Source of the DNA: a virus
Lineage: Duplodnaviria > Caudoviricetes
Direction: 5' to 3' (one strand)
Virus record (IMG/VR): IMGVR_UViG_3300033147_000418
Span: 2,193 to 66,192 of that record
Length of the DNA: 64,000 nt
Under the pieces are notes generated by a model. That model made no database searches and was not told where the DNA came from. It saw only the letters and a program-made list of their open reading frames with translations. Each line of letters opens with the position of its first letter. Position 1 is the first letter of the stretch. A program made the position numbers and the translations under genes. Shown in pieces: positions 19,265-28,817 of the stretch.

Positions 19265-20146
19265 CTAGCCGCCCGTGATGACTCTCTTGAGGCCACTGGC
19301 GGCCTGGCCAAGTAATCCCTGTGGTCGTGGCTTCGCCTTCCCGCGGACGAGCCGTTTGGCTCCGCGGCCGACACCCTTGAGCCCTCGAAGACCCATCTTC
19401 CCGGCGAGTAGGGCGGCGACGCCCATGGCGATCGGGCTCCTGGTGACGGCCTGAAGGCCTTTGTCGGCGGTCGATGCGGCTTGGCGCCCGAGCTCCTTGA
19501 GGCTGTCTCCACCCTGGCTGGAGAGCTGCCCCCCGTAGCCTTCGGCCTTGCTGGCGTAGTCCTTGATGGCGCCGACTTTCGACATCCCGTAGCTCGTTCC
19601 GAGGAAGCGGGGCGGCGACGCCGATGCGTGTTTGCCGACCTGATGGCCGTATCCAGCCGGTCGACTGGAGCCGCCCGTCTCGGTCAGCCCGTGACGCACG
19701 CTCTTGCCCACGCCGAAGGACGGATTTGACGTCTCCGTGTCATGGAAGCGCTCACCCCCGGCCTCGAGCCCCTCTGGCTGCTCATAGGTGGCGCGATGAA
19801 ATCCTGTCGGAAGACCACTGTCGGCATCCCACTCGTTGGGCGTTTTGCCAGCGGTCTTGGCTCCGTCACCGGTACCATACATTCCGCCGCTCATGCCCTC
19901 GCCGCGCTCACCCATGCCGCCGACAGGGCCGCCGGTCGCGCCGATGTTGAGCTTCTCGGTGCCCGGCTTTGGTGCGCCGCCCTTGCCGTCGCCGGTGCCC
20001 ATCTTCGGAGCGACGTTGATGCCGCCGCCGGAAGGCGTCTGTCCGGGGGAGTAGCTGGACATCGACCCCTTTTCGAAGAAGTTGCCGTCGTCGCGCCCGG
20101 CCAGCTCGTGAAAGAAGCGCCCTTCTCTGTCGGTGGTCTTTGCCAT
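19265..20146 (-). CDS. Gly-rich putative internal virion protein (K-x-A family)
   Basis: Start MAKTTDRE after GAGGA; KTA, KHA and KVG motifs; C-terminal IAMGVAALLAG plus a basic tail. Confidence 0.65.
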   Translation of the reverse strand: MAKTTDREGRFFHELAGRDDGNFFEKGSMSSYSPGQTPSGGGINVAPKMGTGDGKGGAPKPGTEKLNIGATGGPVGGMGERGEGMSGGMYGTGDGAKTAGKTPNEWDADSGLPTGFHRATYEQPEGLEAGGERFHDTETSNPSFGVGKSVRHGLTETGGSSRPAGYGHQVGKHASASPPRFLGTSYGMSKVGAIKDYASKAEGYGGQLSSQGGDSLKELGRQAASTADKGLQAVTRSPIAMGVAALLAGKMGLRGLKGVGRGAKRLVRGKAKPRPQGLLGQAASGLKRVITGG

Positions 20147-20171
20147 GGGATCCTCTTCGCGCGTGACGAGC

Positions 20172-21002
20172 CTACTTCGACGCCTTCGATCGTCGCTGCA
20201 TGAGCGCTCGATGATAGGCGAGGACGCCTTCGCGTCGGCCAATCAAACGCGCGCGCGAGGCAACGTCCATGACGTCGTCGGAGCCTTCCTCGTACCCCTT
20301 CTTGCGACCCTTGCGCCCACCGACCACAGCACCGCCGGCGCCGGCGCCGCCAGCCATGAGCAAGCCCTTGCCCATGGTCATGCGACCGGTGCCACTTGCG
20401 CCAGCCTTGGCTCCACGGCCGATCATCGCTGCGAGGTTTCCGAGGCCTGGGCGGGCCGTTTTGAAGATCTCGTTGCTGAATCCTTCGAGGAAGCTCATGG
20501 CAACCTTCTCCTTGCTGACGCGCTCGAGCAAGCCGTGGATGAATCGCGCCTTGGCTGGAACACGCTTGGTCGTTTCGCCGTTGTGGATGAAAAACTCAGA
20601 GAAGGTGTCACAGAAATCCTCCTCGGGACTGGTCTTCGCGTACTCGTCGACGTAGCCATCGTCGCGTGTGGAAGTCGCCCATCGCTTGAGTAGCGCCGGT
20701 GATCCCCGAAGGATGGAATGGGCAAGTTCATGGTAGACAGAGCGGCGAAACTGCTCAGGATCAATCTCTCCGCCATGATACACGCCCTTGTCGAATACAA
20801 CAATTGTGCCGTCGTCGGGCTCGTACTTCGAGTGTCCCGGCGCCTCCGGCGGAGCGTTGGTTAGGACAGAGCGTCGATTGATCGAACGTAGGTGAGGGTT
20901 CTTTTCGACCCATGCTTGGGGTAGCGGGGAGAGGATCTTGACGAGCTCGCGGACCTCTTCAGGCCGCCACTTGCCGTCGAGCTGAAGCGCCCGAATCCTC
21001 AC
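20172..21002 (-). CDS. zincin-like metallopeptidase domain fused to a GFxNExxKTA-leader module
   Basis: YHELAH...YAKTSPEEDFCDTF; C-terminal MSFLEGFSNEIFKTA plus a glycine-rich hydrophobic segment. Confidence 0.7.
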   Translation of the reverse strand: MRIRALQLDGKWRPEEVRELVKILSPLPQAWVEKNPHLRSINRRSVLTNAPPEAPGHSKYEPDDGTIVVFDKGVYHGGEIDPEQFRRSVYHELAHSILRGSPALLKRWATSTRDDGYVDEYAKTSPEEDFCDTFSEFFIHNGETTKRVPAKARFIHGLLERVSKEKVAMSFLEGFSNEIFKTARPGLGNLAAMIGRGAKAGASGTGRMTMGKGLLMAGGAGAGGAVVGGRKGRKKGYEEGSDDVMDVASRARLIGRREGVLAYHRALMQRRSKASK

Positions 21003-22423
21003 AGAACCTTCAGGAGATCGCCGAAGAACTTGGAGAGGATACCGCCCGAGAGAGCAGCGCCGGCGGCGACCAGGCCGGCATACCTCATCGGGTGCTGCTC
21101 ACGCCATGAATCATCAACCTTCTGGGTGAACGGGACACCCTTCGGTCTCTTGGTGTAGGAGCTTTCGAGCTGCTCGGGGGAGATGCGCTGGCGAACCTCT
21201 TTGCCCGCCGGCGTTCCGTAGAGGTACAGCGCGCCAAGCGTGGCCGGGATGGCCGACGCGACCGAGCCCATGACGAACTCCGGGGATGTTCCAACCTCCC
21301 TGGCTCCCTGGCCAATGCGGCGTAGGAGGTTGGGCCCCTTGAGCAGTTCGGCTGTTTGCACTCCGACCTGGCGGCCGAGGTTGCCGATGTCCTTGGCGAT
21401 GCCGCCGCCCCACTTGAGGGTTTCCCCAAGGATGGCGCTGGTCTTTTCCAACTCGCGCATCTGCTGCTGGACCATGGAGTCGACCTCGGCTTTCTCCCCC
21501 CTGGCTTCGCGCATGTATTTGCGAGCGAGGGCCATGCCGACAACCGCAGGTATGGCGCCGAGTAGGTACGTCCCGAATGCGGGGGCCAATTTTTTGAGAG
21601 CCTCGACCGCTGCATGGCGCCCCTCGACCTTCGCTATATGTCTCAGGGCAAGACCTGTAGCCTTGGCTTCTGGGTAGAGCTGGGTTGCTGCGAGCGTCGC
21701 GCCAAGGATTTCTGGCGCATGGTCCTGCATGAACTCGATGGCCTTGTCGTCAATCGTGCCCGGCAGGATTTCCTTGATTCGATCGCCGGCAACCAATGCG
21801 ATAGGGAGGGCCGTCAAGACGCCGCGTTGAAGGATCGGCTCGGCGAAGCGGCGGATCTTTCCAATGCGTCCCGCAGTGTAGTCGGCGGCGTGGCCGAGTT
21901 CATGGAGGGCAATCGCTTTGCCGACGATGGGGAAGTTGACAGTTTTCGTTGCGACGTTGTAGTTCGGGCCCACCAGCCCAGACAGGGCCCCTCGGTGGAA
22001 ATTGACAGTCACTCCCTTTTGAATGAGCTTGTGCTTGTTCATGAACGATTCAACCACTGGGGCGATTTCGTTCATCTTGTCAGTAAATATCGGGCTGGCG
22101 ATGGCAAGGTCCGCCCGAATCCTCGGGCTGACCTTGAAGAGCCCCATGAACCGCGAAGAGAGCAAGTCGGCGCGCGGAACAATTGCCTCGACAGTGCCAA
22201 CTTCGGACAGTGGCTTTGCGACGACCCGGGAAATGAAGGGGACCGCCTTCGCCGCGATAGAGCCACTCACCGCCGCGAGCCCAGCCATGGCGCGCTCACC
22301 CGGGTCGAGGCTATCCCGGTCCGGGTTGTCAGTTATGTTGCGAACCGATGCCGAGTTGCTTGTGGTCGGCGCCGAGTCGGCCGTTTTCTCGTGAAAGAAA
22401 ACGCTGAGTGGATCCCTGGTCAA
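20999..22423 (-). CDS. membrane-associated HExxH zinc metallopeptidase-like virion protein
   Basis: LHELGHA...PEAKAT...LAPAFGTY; EKTA and EKTS motifs; several hydrophobic helices. Confidence 0.65.
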   Translation of the reverse strand: MTRDPLSVFFHEKTADSAPTTSNSASVRNITDNPDRDSLDPGERAMAGLAAVSGSIAAKAVPFISRVVAKPLSEVGTVEAIVPRADLLSSRFMGLFKVSPRIRADLAIASPIFTDKMNEIAPVVESFMNKHKLIQKGVTVNFHRGALSGLVGPNYNVATKTVNFPIVGKAIALHELGHAADYTAGRIGKIRRFAEPILQRGVLTALPIALVAGDRIKEILPGTIDDKAIEFMQDHAPEILGATLAATQLYPEAKATGLALRHIAKVEGRHAAVEALKKLAPAFGTYLLGAIPAVVGMALARKYMREARGEKAEVDSMVQQQMRELEKTSAILGETLKWGGGIAKDIGNLGRQVGVQTAELLKGPNLLRRIGQGAREVGTSPEFVMGSVASAIPATLGALYLYGTPAGKEVRQRISPEQLESSYTKRPKGVPFTQKVDDSWREQHPMRYAGLVAAGAALSGGILSKFFGDLLKVL

Positions 22424-22432
22424 GCCGCTACC

Positions 22433-23116
22433 TCAGCTGCCGGCTAGCATCGCCTTGGTAGCAAAGTCGGTGACCTTCATCGGCGACATGCGAACGATCT
22501 TCCGCTTCTCGGCCATGTCATCGATGCGACTCTGAGTCTCGGCGAGGCTCTTGATGAAGGGGACGTTGACTCCCTCCATCACGTTCATCGATTTCACGAT
22601 GGGTCCGGCCACGGCGGGCTCGGAGGCGAGCGACGGCGCGTAGCGCGCCAGGACTCCAAAATTGCGCTGCGTCTTCTCTCGGTCCCCTGGGACCACGAGC
22701 TCGGTGTCGTGCTTGATCATCTCCTGGTAGGAGTTCTTGACCCTGGCGTCGAGGTTCTTCGCGGAGCGATGGCTCATCAGGCCGCCGAGTCCCGCGGTCG
22801 CTCCGGCGGTCATTCCGGCGAGCGCCATCATCTTCGCGAGATTGGTCGTGACGTCGGACCACTTGGCGCTGTCAGGAGAGCCTGTGCGGGAGCCTGTGCG
22901 AAGCTTCGAGAGCAGCCCACCCCCCTTCTCGGCCTTGACTGCGCTCGACGTTGTCGCAGGGGCTCGGCGCATCGCCTTGAAGATGTTGATGGCGTACTTG
23001 CCCATGGCCTCTTTGATGAGCTGCTGGCGCCTGCGCAGAGCATCAGCGGTAGCTTCTTTTGAGAGGTACCCCTGCTGCTGGCAGGCCATGATCATGTCGA
23101 GAGAAGAGAGAGCCAT
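22433..23116 (-). CDS. putative internal virion protein (K-x-A family)
   Basis: KEA x2, KYA; MMALAGMTAGATAGLGGLM glycine-zipper-like segment. Confidence 0.65.
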   Translation of the reverse strand: MALSSLDMIMACQQQGYLSKEATADALRRRQQLIKEAMGKYAINIFKAMRRAPATTSSAVKAEKGGGLLSKLRTGSRTGSPDSAKWSDVTTNLAKMMALAGMTAGATAGLGGLMSHRSAKNLDARVKNSYQEMIKHDTELVVPGDREKTQRNFGVLARYAPSLASEPAVAGPIVKSMNVMEGVNVPFIKSLAETQSRIDDMAEKRKIVRMSPMKVTDFATKAMLAGS

Positions 23117-23124
23117 GCTTGCTC

Positions 23125-23436
23125 CTAGGAACGTTTGAACTTCTTTTCGTCGTAGTGACGGCTGACGTTCTTTTTGCGTTTCTTCTTGTTCCAGTTGATC
23201 AGGGCCGCCCGGCTGGGGGAGTCCTTCGTGGCGTGGAGATAGCGCGGCTTTTCGCCGCCAGCCAAACCTTCGCGATAGCCCCCTCGCGCCGCGAGCCCGG
23301 TGCCCACCAGGGTGGCGGTGCCGCCAAGGGCGAGCAGTGGGTTCTTCACAGCGAACCCTCCTACCCTCTTGAGGGCGCCCAGTGCGGACGCGTGCTTGGC
23401 GAGTTCATCGACAAAGCCGCCGAGGAATGGGGTCAC
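23125..23436 (-). CDS. small basic protein with GFxDELxK leader
   Basis: MTPFLGGFVDELAKHA, then a hydrophobic segment and a Lys-rich tail. Confidence 0.7.
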   Translation of the reverse strand: MTPFLGGFVDELAKHASALGALKRVGGFAVKNPLLALGGTATLVGTGLAARGGYREGLAGGEKPRYLHATKDSPSRAALINWNKKKRKKNVSRHYDEKKFKRS

Positions 23437-24377
23437 GACAGATCTCTCATCTTCTGATGGTAGACCTTGACCTGGTCGTCGATGCGCAACAGGTTGTGAA
23501 GCCCTTGCTTTACCTCGCCGGTCTTGCGTTGAACGGTATCGAGCGAGACCAGGACCGGGTGGGAGCCGTTGATCACCGTGACGTTGCCCATGTCATTGCT
23601 GATGAGTTCGTCTGGGACCTTGGCAAGGGCCTGCTTCTCGAGCCTGAGCCGCGTGGACCCGTGAGACTCGTCGACCAATCGTTGCTGCCATCCAGGGAAG
23701 TACTCCGCGGCGACTTTGCCCATGTCGCCGGCGCCGGCGGCCGTGTAGAGGTCTCGGAATGAAGCGCCGCCGAGGATCGTCTGCTTGAAGACCTCGAACG
23801 CTCGCTTCTCGAGCGACTCGAGCTGCATCCCCTTGTAGAGGATGTCGCTTTCGAGAGCGGAGCGCTCGCCGGCTTTCTTCTGGAGGATGATGATGATGCG
23901 CTTCTTCTCGCCATCGTCGTGCAGTCCGTTGTGCACGTTGGCCGGGTCGGCTCCCATCATCGAGATCATGGACGGCCCGGACTGAGGGATCCCCTTCGGT
24001 GGCCCGGCGTAGTCTGAATCGCACGATGACGGAGAGATCGTCGGGCTCTGCGGGTCGTCGGAGTCGAGGGGCTGCTTCTTGACGACTGAGACGACTGCCT
24101 TGGCGTCCGCGAGCTGGAACGCGATCGACTCCTTCTGGGCAGTCTTCCTCCACAGGCCCTGGTGGGTGGCGATGTTCGCCATCTCGCACACACGCTGCAC
24201 CTGGTTGGAGTTGAGATCGTTCTCGGTCGCGATCTTCTTGATCGTGTCGTTGAGAGCGACGCCCTCCTCGAGGTAGCGCTTGGCTGCTGTTTTGGCGAGG
24301 AGCTCGAGACGATCCGCGGCTACCTTGGTGTGCTGCGGCGTCCCCGAGAGAAGGTATGAGAAGTGGCCTACGTCCAT
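23433..24377 (-). CDS. putative head protein (K-x-A family)
   Basis: Eight K-x-A motifs (KVA, KTA, KIA, KTA, KKA, KRA, KVA, KQA). Confidence 0.65.
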   Translation of the reverse strand: MDVGHFSYLLSGTPQHTKVAADRLELLAKTAAKRYLEEGVALNDTIKKIATENDLNSNQVQRVCEMANIATHQGLWRKTAQKESIAFQLADAKAVVSVVKKQPLDSDDPQSPTISPSSCDSDYAGPPKGIPQSGPSMISMMGADPANVHNGLHDDGEKKRIIIILQKKAGERSALESDILYKGMQLESLEKRAFEVFKQTILGGASFRDLYTAAGAGDMGKVAAEYFPGWQQRLVDESHGSTRLRLEKQALAKVPDELISNDMGNVTVINGSHPVLVSLDTVQRKTGEVKQGLHNLLRIDDQVKVYHQKMRDLS

Positions 24378-24406
24378 CGGGGACCTCGCTTCAAGGGTTC
24401 CATCTG

Positions 24407-24435
24407 AAGGTATAAGCTATCAGAAATCAGGTCAA
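24407..24435 (-). promoter_or_regulatory. sigma70-like promoter for the head operon
   Basis: TTGACC-N17-TACCTT. Confidence 0.6.
24409..24425 (+). promoter_or_regulatory. putative phage promoter GGYATAAG-N6-G
   Basis: GGTATAAGctatcaGAA upstream of the + island gene at 24466. Confidence 0.5.
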
Positions 24436-24465
24436 GCAAGCGAAAAGACAGACAAAGGAGAACCG

Positions 24466-25140
24466 ATGAAATTTTGCCCCCATTGCGGCGGAGAGATCTC
24501 CAAGTACATGGAAGCCGAAGGCCGGAGTTCGGCTTCCAGCGTCGCAACGATCCAGGCGCCGGCGCGAGAATATAGCCAAGACGATATCTGGAGACGGCTT
24601 GTGTCTCGGGCCAGGGAGGTTCAGGCGTCTCCGCCGAGGTCGGATGAACTCGTTTTGGCGGCGGTGCAGCGCCTTGGAGCGGTGCACAAATTCCCTCTAT
24701 CGACGATCGTCCATGTTGCTTTTGATCGGAACATCGTTCCGACCGGCGGCGTGCTCTATCGAGCCACGATGCTGGAAGGCCGAACCCAGACATCGCCCGA
24801 GCAGCTCGAGGCGATGGGGTACGCGGTCAAGGACGGCGCTGTTCTCACGGTAGCGGATGTTCCTGTTGGCCAGGCATACAGCGCAGTCGACTACTGGGGC
24901 GGAGCGAGACAGCACAAGCGGTGGCATCTTGCTGAGCCGGTGAGCATCGAACCGAGTCGGAACGGGGATCCGTTCTTCATGGACGAGAATATGCTCGCCT
25001 TTGGAGCAAGATGGCGAGACCTCGAGCGCGTGGAGGAAGGGCTGCTTGGCCTGTTCGAGATGTTCACGGGCGGCATACAAGGCAAGGGTGCAGGCTCGCC
25101 CATCGCGATTCCGCTGGCGCTCGAGCTGGTCGGTCGGTAG
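24466..25140 (+). CDS. hypothetical protein with an N-terminal zinc-ribbon half-site
   Basis: MKFCPHCGG; SD AAGGAG. Confidence 0.7.
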   Translation: MKFCPHCGGEISKYMEAEGRSSASSVATIQAPAREYSQDDIWRRLVSRAREVQASPPRSDELVLAAVQRLGAVHKFPLSTIVHVAFDRNIVPTGGVLYRATMLEGRTQTSPEQLEAMGYAVKDGAVLTVADVPVGQAYSAVDYWGGARQHKRWHLAEPVSIEPSRNGDPFFMDENMLAFGARWRDLERVEEGLLGLFEMFTGGIQGKGAGSPIAIPLALELVGR

Positions 25141-25144
25141 CCGA

Positions 25145-25166
25145 ATCCGGGCATAAGAAGGGTGAA
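25145..25166 (+). promoter_or_regulatory. putative phage promoter (22-bp exact repeat of 56932-56953)
   Basis: ATCCGGGCATAAGAAGGGTGAA. Confidence 0.65.
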
Positions 25167-25181
25167 CGAAAGGAGTTCACA

Positions 25182-25613
25182 ATGATATCGAATCTGAAAG
25201 AGGCTACCGCCTACCTGCTGCGTGCTCGCAAACTTGCGGCCAAAGCCAAAGATCTGGTCATGGACTACCGCGCTACGGAAGCCCCCCTCGTCGCCCTCAT
25301 AATCGAGGAACGCATCGAGTTCAGTCAGAGTGAAGTGGTCGATCTTGAGATCGAACGCCTCATCCTGAACTCGACTGCGCAACTGATCACTGAGGCGCTG
25401 AATGATGCGGAAAGCTCCGCTAAACGCGCGGCCCACGTCTACACCCAGGTCGAGGCTCTGCGCCGCATTGGCACCGACGCCATCGACGAGACTGCAGACG
25501 AGTACGGAAAAGCCATCGACCAGACGATCATGCGCTCCGAGGAAGTTCAGACCCTTTGGAATCTACTGAAGGAGACCCAGCAGAGTATGCTGGAGAAACT
25601 TCCGAGCCTGTGA
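25182..25613 (+). CDS. hypothetical coiled-coil protein
   Basis: ATG after AAAGGAG; helical composition. Confidence 0.7.
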   Translation: MISNLKEATAYLLRARKLAAKAKDLVMDYRATEAPLVALIIEERIEFSQSEVVDLEIERLILNSTAQLITEALNDAESSAKRAAHVYTQVEALRRIGTDAIDETADEYGKAIDQTIMRSEEVQTLWNLLKETQQSMLEKLPSL

Positions 25614-25619
25614 GTGGCC

Positions 25620-25670
25620 GTGGGGGGCGTTTCGGCGCCCCCCACCCATCTCATTGCTCGATTTTTTAGC
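25620..25670 (+). terminator. hairpin terminator with TTTTTTAGC
   Basis: GTGGGGGGCG-TTTCGG-CGCCCCCCAC stem, then TTTTTTAGC 16 nt later. Confidence 0.6.
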
Positions 25671-25682
25671 TCTGTGTAGACT
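25654..25682 (+). promoter_or_regulatory. sigma70-like promoter
   Basis: TTGCTC-N17-TAGACT, 7 nt before ATG 25690. Confidence 0.5.
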
Positions 25683-25689
25683 GGACGGT

Positions 25690-26172
25690 ATGGTCCCCTT
25701 TCTCCGAGGCTTCACCGACGAGCTCGTGAAGATTTCGACCGTCGAAGACAAGCAGCTCAAGAAGCTCTATCGCGACGTGCGCAAAGAGCAGGGCCGGGCG
25801 CCGCGGCGCAAGATGTCTAATCTGCGTGGCAAGGGCCGCAAGGTGAGTCGGGACTATCTGGCTTCGATGATGCTAGGCGCCGCAGCGACTCCTGCGCTGA
25901 CGATCTTGGGTGGCAAGATCTCTCGAGGTCTGCACAACCGGACGATCCGGTCGGCGCTCAAGCGTGCGAAGAGCGCAAAGGACATCAAGGCTCTCCGTCG
26001 CGAGCTCCACACCGGAAAGACCGTGGGGCGAGTCGTGCCGGGCGGGCGTATCCAGCGCCAGCCGATTGCGACACCAGCGGATGTCGCAGGAGACGTTGCC
26101 AAGGGCGCCCTGTACGGCTCGGTGTTGCAGATGATGCGCGATCGCTACGCGGGCTCCGCCGGCGTCAGCTGA
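25690..26172 (+). CDS. basic protein with GFxDELxK leader
   Basis: MVPFLRGFTDELVKIS; Arg/Lys-rich with a hydrophobic segment. Confidence 0.7.
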   Translation: MVPFLRGFTDELVKISTVEDKQLKKLYRDVRKEQGRAPRRKMSNLRGKGRKVSRDYLASMMLGAAATPALTILGGKISRGLHNRTIRSALKRAKSAKDIKALRRELHTGKTVGRVVPGGRIQRQPIATPADVAGDVAKGALYGSVLQMMRDRYAGSAGVS

Positions 26173-26662
26173 GATGGAACTCGGACAGGCCTGGGTGCTT
26201 GTTCGCGACCAGGAGCAGGTCCTGTGGCGTCCATGTCGCCGGTTCAGAGAACTCCTCGAGCCCAGAAGCCAGCAGGAACCGCGCCACCGCTTCTGAGCAG
26301 AAGAGCTTGGTCGGGTTGTCCATGGGGTTGGACATCCGCTTCATGAAGCGACGCAGCAGGAACCCCAGGATGCCGACGTAGTCGTACTCGGAGCCGAGGC
26401 TGTCGGAGAGCTCGCGGAGCGATTCGATCTGGCGCGACTGGTCGACGGTCAGCGTGTAGCGGGCCACGATCTGGTTTCGTGCGCGCCACTTGCTCCAGGG
26501 CGTGAGCATGAATCCTCGCCCCGTTGACTCCATGACGAAAACCTTCCCGAGAGTTTCGTCCCTGAACGTGATGACTGCGTGGCTCACCTTCGAGCGGGTG
26601 AACCAGCGGATCGCTCGAGAGAACCACCCGTCGGTGGTGCTAAAGCAAACGTTGATGGACAT
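26165..26662 (-). CDS. permuted papain-like NlpC/P60 (YiiX/YaeF-like) amidase/peptidase
   Basis: IRWFTRSKVSHA (His before Cys), YDY, LFCSEAVA, TPQDL. Confidence 0.8.
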   Translation of the reverse strand: MSINVCFSTTDGWFSRAIRWFTRSKVSHAVITFRDETLGKVFVMESTGRGFMLTPWSKWRARNQIVARYTLTVDQSRQIESLRELSDSLGSEYDYVGILGFLLRRFMKRMSNPMDNPTKLFCSEAVARFLLASGLEEFSEPATWTPQDLLLVANKHPGLSEFHLS

Positions 26663-26663
26663 G

Positions 26664-26951
26664 TCACGTTCCGATCGCGAGCATCCCGAAGAACGACCCA
26701 GCGAAGGCCATGACTGGATCTGACACCCACCGATTCATCCACGACTCTTTGGTCATCTGCAAGTCGGTGCGAGCATCGAGCCACGTTTCGATGCCCTCCC
26801 AGACGAATGCGAACACGCCAACCATTGTCCAGCGCAGCCACTGCGCCATCCCGAGTTGCTCCATGTTCGCGCCGACCATGAACCAGAACGCCAGATGGAC
26901 TAGCGTCCATGCGTCGAAGAATGCGTCACCGCGTTTGCCGAAGAATCTCAT
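26664..26951 (-). CDS. small membrane protein
   Basis: Three hydrophobic segments; D.W...H, WE..E and ES..N...D pattern. Confidence 0.65.
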   Translation of the reverse strand: MRFFGKRGDAFFDAWTLVHLAFWFMVGANMEQLGMAQWLRWTMVGVFAFVWEGIETWLDARTDLQMTKESWMNRWVSDPVMAFAGSFFGMLAIGT

Positions 26952-27823
26952 TCGTTGGGCTCACTAGAGCAGTAGAAGGAAGCTGTCGCGTACGAACCAG
27001 TAAACGGCACATTGTGCTGCAGACAGACCTGGACCTCCATCCCGTACTCGGAATGAAGCCTGGTTGATCGCACGTAGTCCCAGTCGAAGATGTAGATGTC
27101 TGATGGCAGCCCGCGCCAACTCGCTCCGCCAAGACCGGCAGGATACTTGGGGAACGCCCTTACTCCGTCGTTGAGGAAATCGCGCATCCCCTTGTAGACG
27201 AGCGGGTTCTTCAGTGGAATGAGCGTCCCGGGCGGATACGGGTCTGGCGTGAGGTCGGGCGCGAAAACGTCAACGAACCCACGGGCCTGGAACGTCACGT
27301 TGTCTGTGAGTCCCACATCGGCACTGAACTGCACCTCGACGAAATCGATAAGCAGGTCGGTGCCAGCCGCTGGCTTGATCGTGACTAGACTCGACCCCGC
27401 GTAGTGGTACGTCACCTTCACCACGTCGGACTCACCAAGCACAGACAGGAACGTCACTGTGCCGGCCGAATAGTTGACGGTGTAGTCACCGCCGGAGCCG
27501 ACGTGCGGGTCCTGCTCGGTCTTCGCGACATCGTTGACCGTGACAACGGCTCGATAGCTGTTGTCCGAGGCGTCCACTAGAAAATCTTCCTGCGTAATGA
27601 ACCCGTGATACGTGTCGATGACGTTCACGTTTGCGAGGCTGTACGTGAGCTGGTCGCCGCCATCGGTCGCCGTCTCCTCGACAACGCGAGTTGACTCCTC
27701 GTACCACGTGGTTGGGTTGGTCCAGTCGTGAGAGTAGAGGGTGACCTTTGACGAGTCCGGTTTTTCGACGGCGATACGAGGGCGGCCGTCAGCGGTCTTG
27801 GGAGCGAGGCGCAGGTCAAGCAT
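26948..27823 (-). CDS. putative virion structural protein
   Basis: DYTVNYSAGTVTF motif common in phage tail and baseplate proteins. Confidence 0.6.
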   Translation of the reverse strand: MLDLRLAPKTADGRPRIAVEKPDSSKVTLYSHDWTNPTTWYEESTRVVEETATDGGDQLTYSLANVNVIDTYHGFITQEDFLVDASDNSYRAVVTVNDVAKTEQDPHVGSGGDYTVNYSAGTVTFLSVLGESDVVKVTYHYAGSSLVTIKPAAGTDLLIDFVEVQFSADVGLTDNVTFQARGFVDVFAPDLTPDPYPPGTLIPLKNPLVYKGMRDFLNDGVRAFPKYPAGLGGASWRGLPSDIYIFDWDYVRSTRLHSEYGMEVQVCLQHNVPFTGSYATASFYCSSEPNE

Positions 27824-28817
27824 TCGAGATGTCCTCCACGCCGTAGTGGCAATACGCTCTCAGTTCAGAAATTCCACGGAGATCGTCTCGGACGATAAAT
27901 TCCAGCACGTCGTCATCCGTAACAAGAACGTTGGCTGCGCCAGGCTTGACCATGAACCCGACCAGAAGGCTGTTGTCCGAGAATGCGAACGACTCTTGCG
28001 GGTGGTACTGCCCAAAGAGCTGGGAGTTGTTCTTGGTGATGAACTTCCACAGGACCTCGCCGGTAGAGATCTTCCGGTGCCTCATGATGAGGCCGCTGCT
28101 CAGCCCACCAACGATGTTGGCAAATGCCGAACTCGTCCACCCAGCAGTCGGAGCAGTCACCTGAAGCACGGCCATCGACAGATGGTAGATCGTGTCGGCG
28201 GGGGCCGCGATTTGAAATCTGTACGGACCTGCACCACTCGACGCCACTACCTCGATGTCGTCGAAGTAACAATGCTGGCCTGCCTGGTTGGCGTATCGAA
28301 TACGCAGCTTCTGGGCGCTCCCTGTGAGACCAAAATCGGTCATGGGAACTGAAATCTTCTGCCAGACCCCGAGGTCCATGTTCACTGCGTACTGATCCAG
28401 CCTGACGTTGTTGCCGATGCGCACATCTGAGCTATCCAGCCACCCAAGCTGCAGACGCGACCCAACAGGGAACGCTTGCGGATTCATCCACAGGTCGACC
28501 TGGTCGTAGGTTCCTGCAATGTCGATCATCGATCCATTGTCGAACACCGTGCTGTCGTTTATCGCAGCAACCCCGGTGTCCCATCCGTTGGTACCCGCGT
28601 GCATGGCGCCAGCCGTCTCGGACCCTGTGCCAGACGCGGTCCAGTCGGTGCCCGTATCCCCTGCACCACCACCGTTCCACAGCACTACCGGGGAGCCGGC
28701 AGCTCGCCCGTCGATGTTCATTAGCTCGGAGCCGTTATCGACACGCAGGAACGGGTCACGGCCGAGCGTCCTCTGTGTGATCGCGACAATCGCATTCCCT
28801 TGTGCGTCTCTCGGCAT
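27816..28817 (-). CDS. putative virion protein with a carbohydrate-binding-like beta-sandwich
   Basis: WQKISVPMTDFG...YFDDIEV pattern. Confidence 0.55.
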   Translation of the reverse strand: MPRDAQGNAIVAITQRTLGRDPFLRVDNGSELMNIDGRAAGSPVVLWNGGGAGDTGTDWTASGTGSETAGAMHAGTNGWDTGVAAINDSTVFDNGSMIDIAGTYDQVDLWMNPQAFPVGSRLQLGWLDSSDVRIGNNVRLDQYAVNMDLGVWQKISVPMTDFGLTGSAQKLRIRYANQAGQHCYFDDIEVVASSGAGPYRFQIAAPADTIYHLSMAVLQVTAPTAGWTSSAFANIVGGLSSGLIMRHRKISTGEVLWKFITKNNSQLFGQYHPQESFAFSDNSLLVGFMVKPGAANVLVTDDDVLEFIVRDDLRGISELRAYCHYGVEDISNA

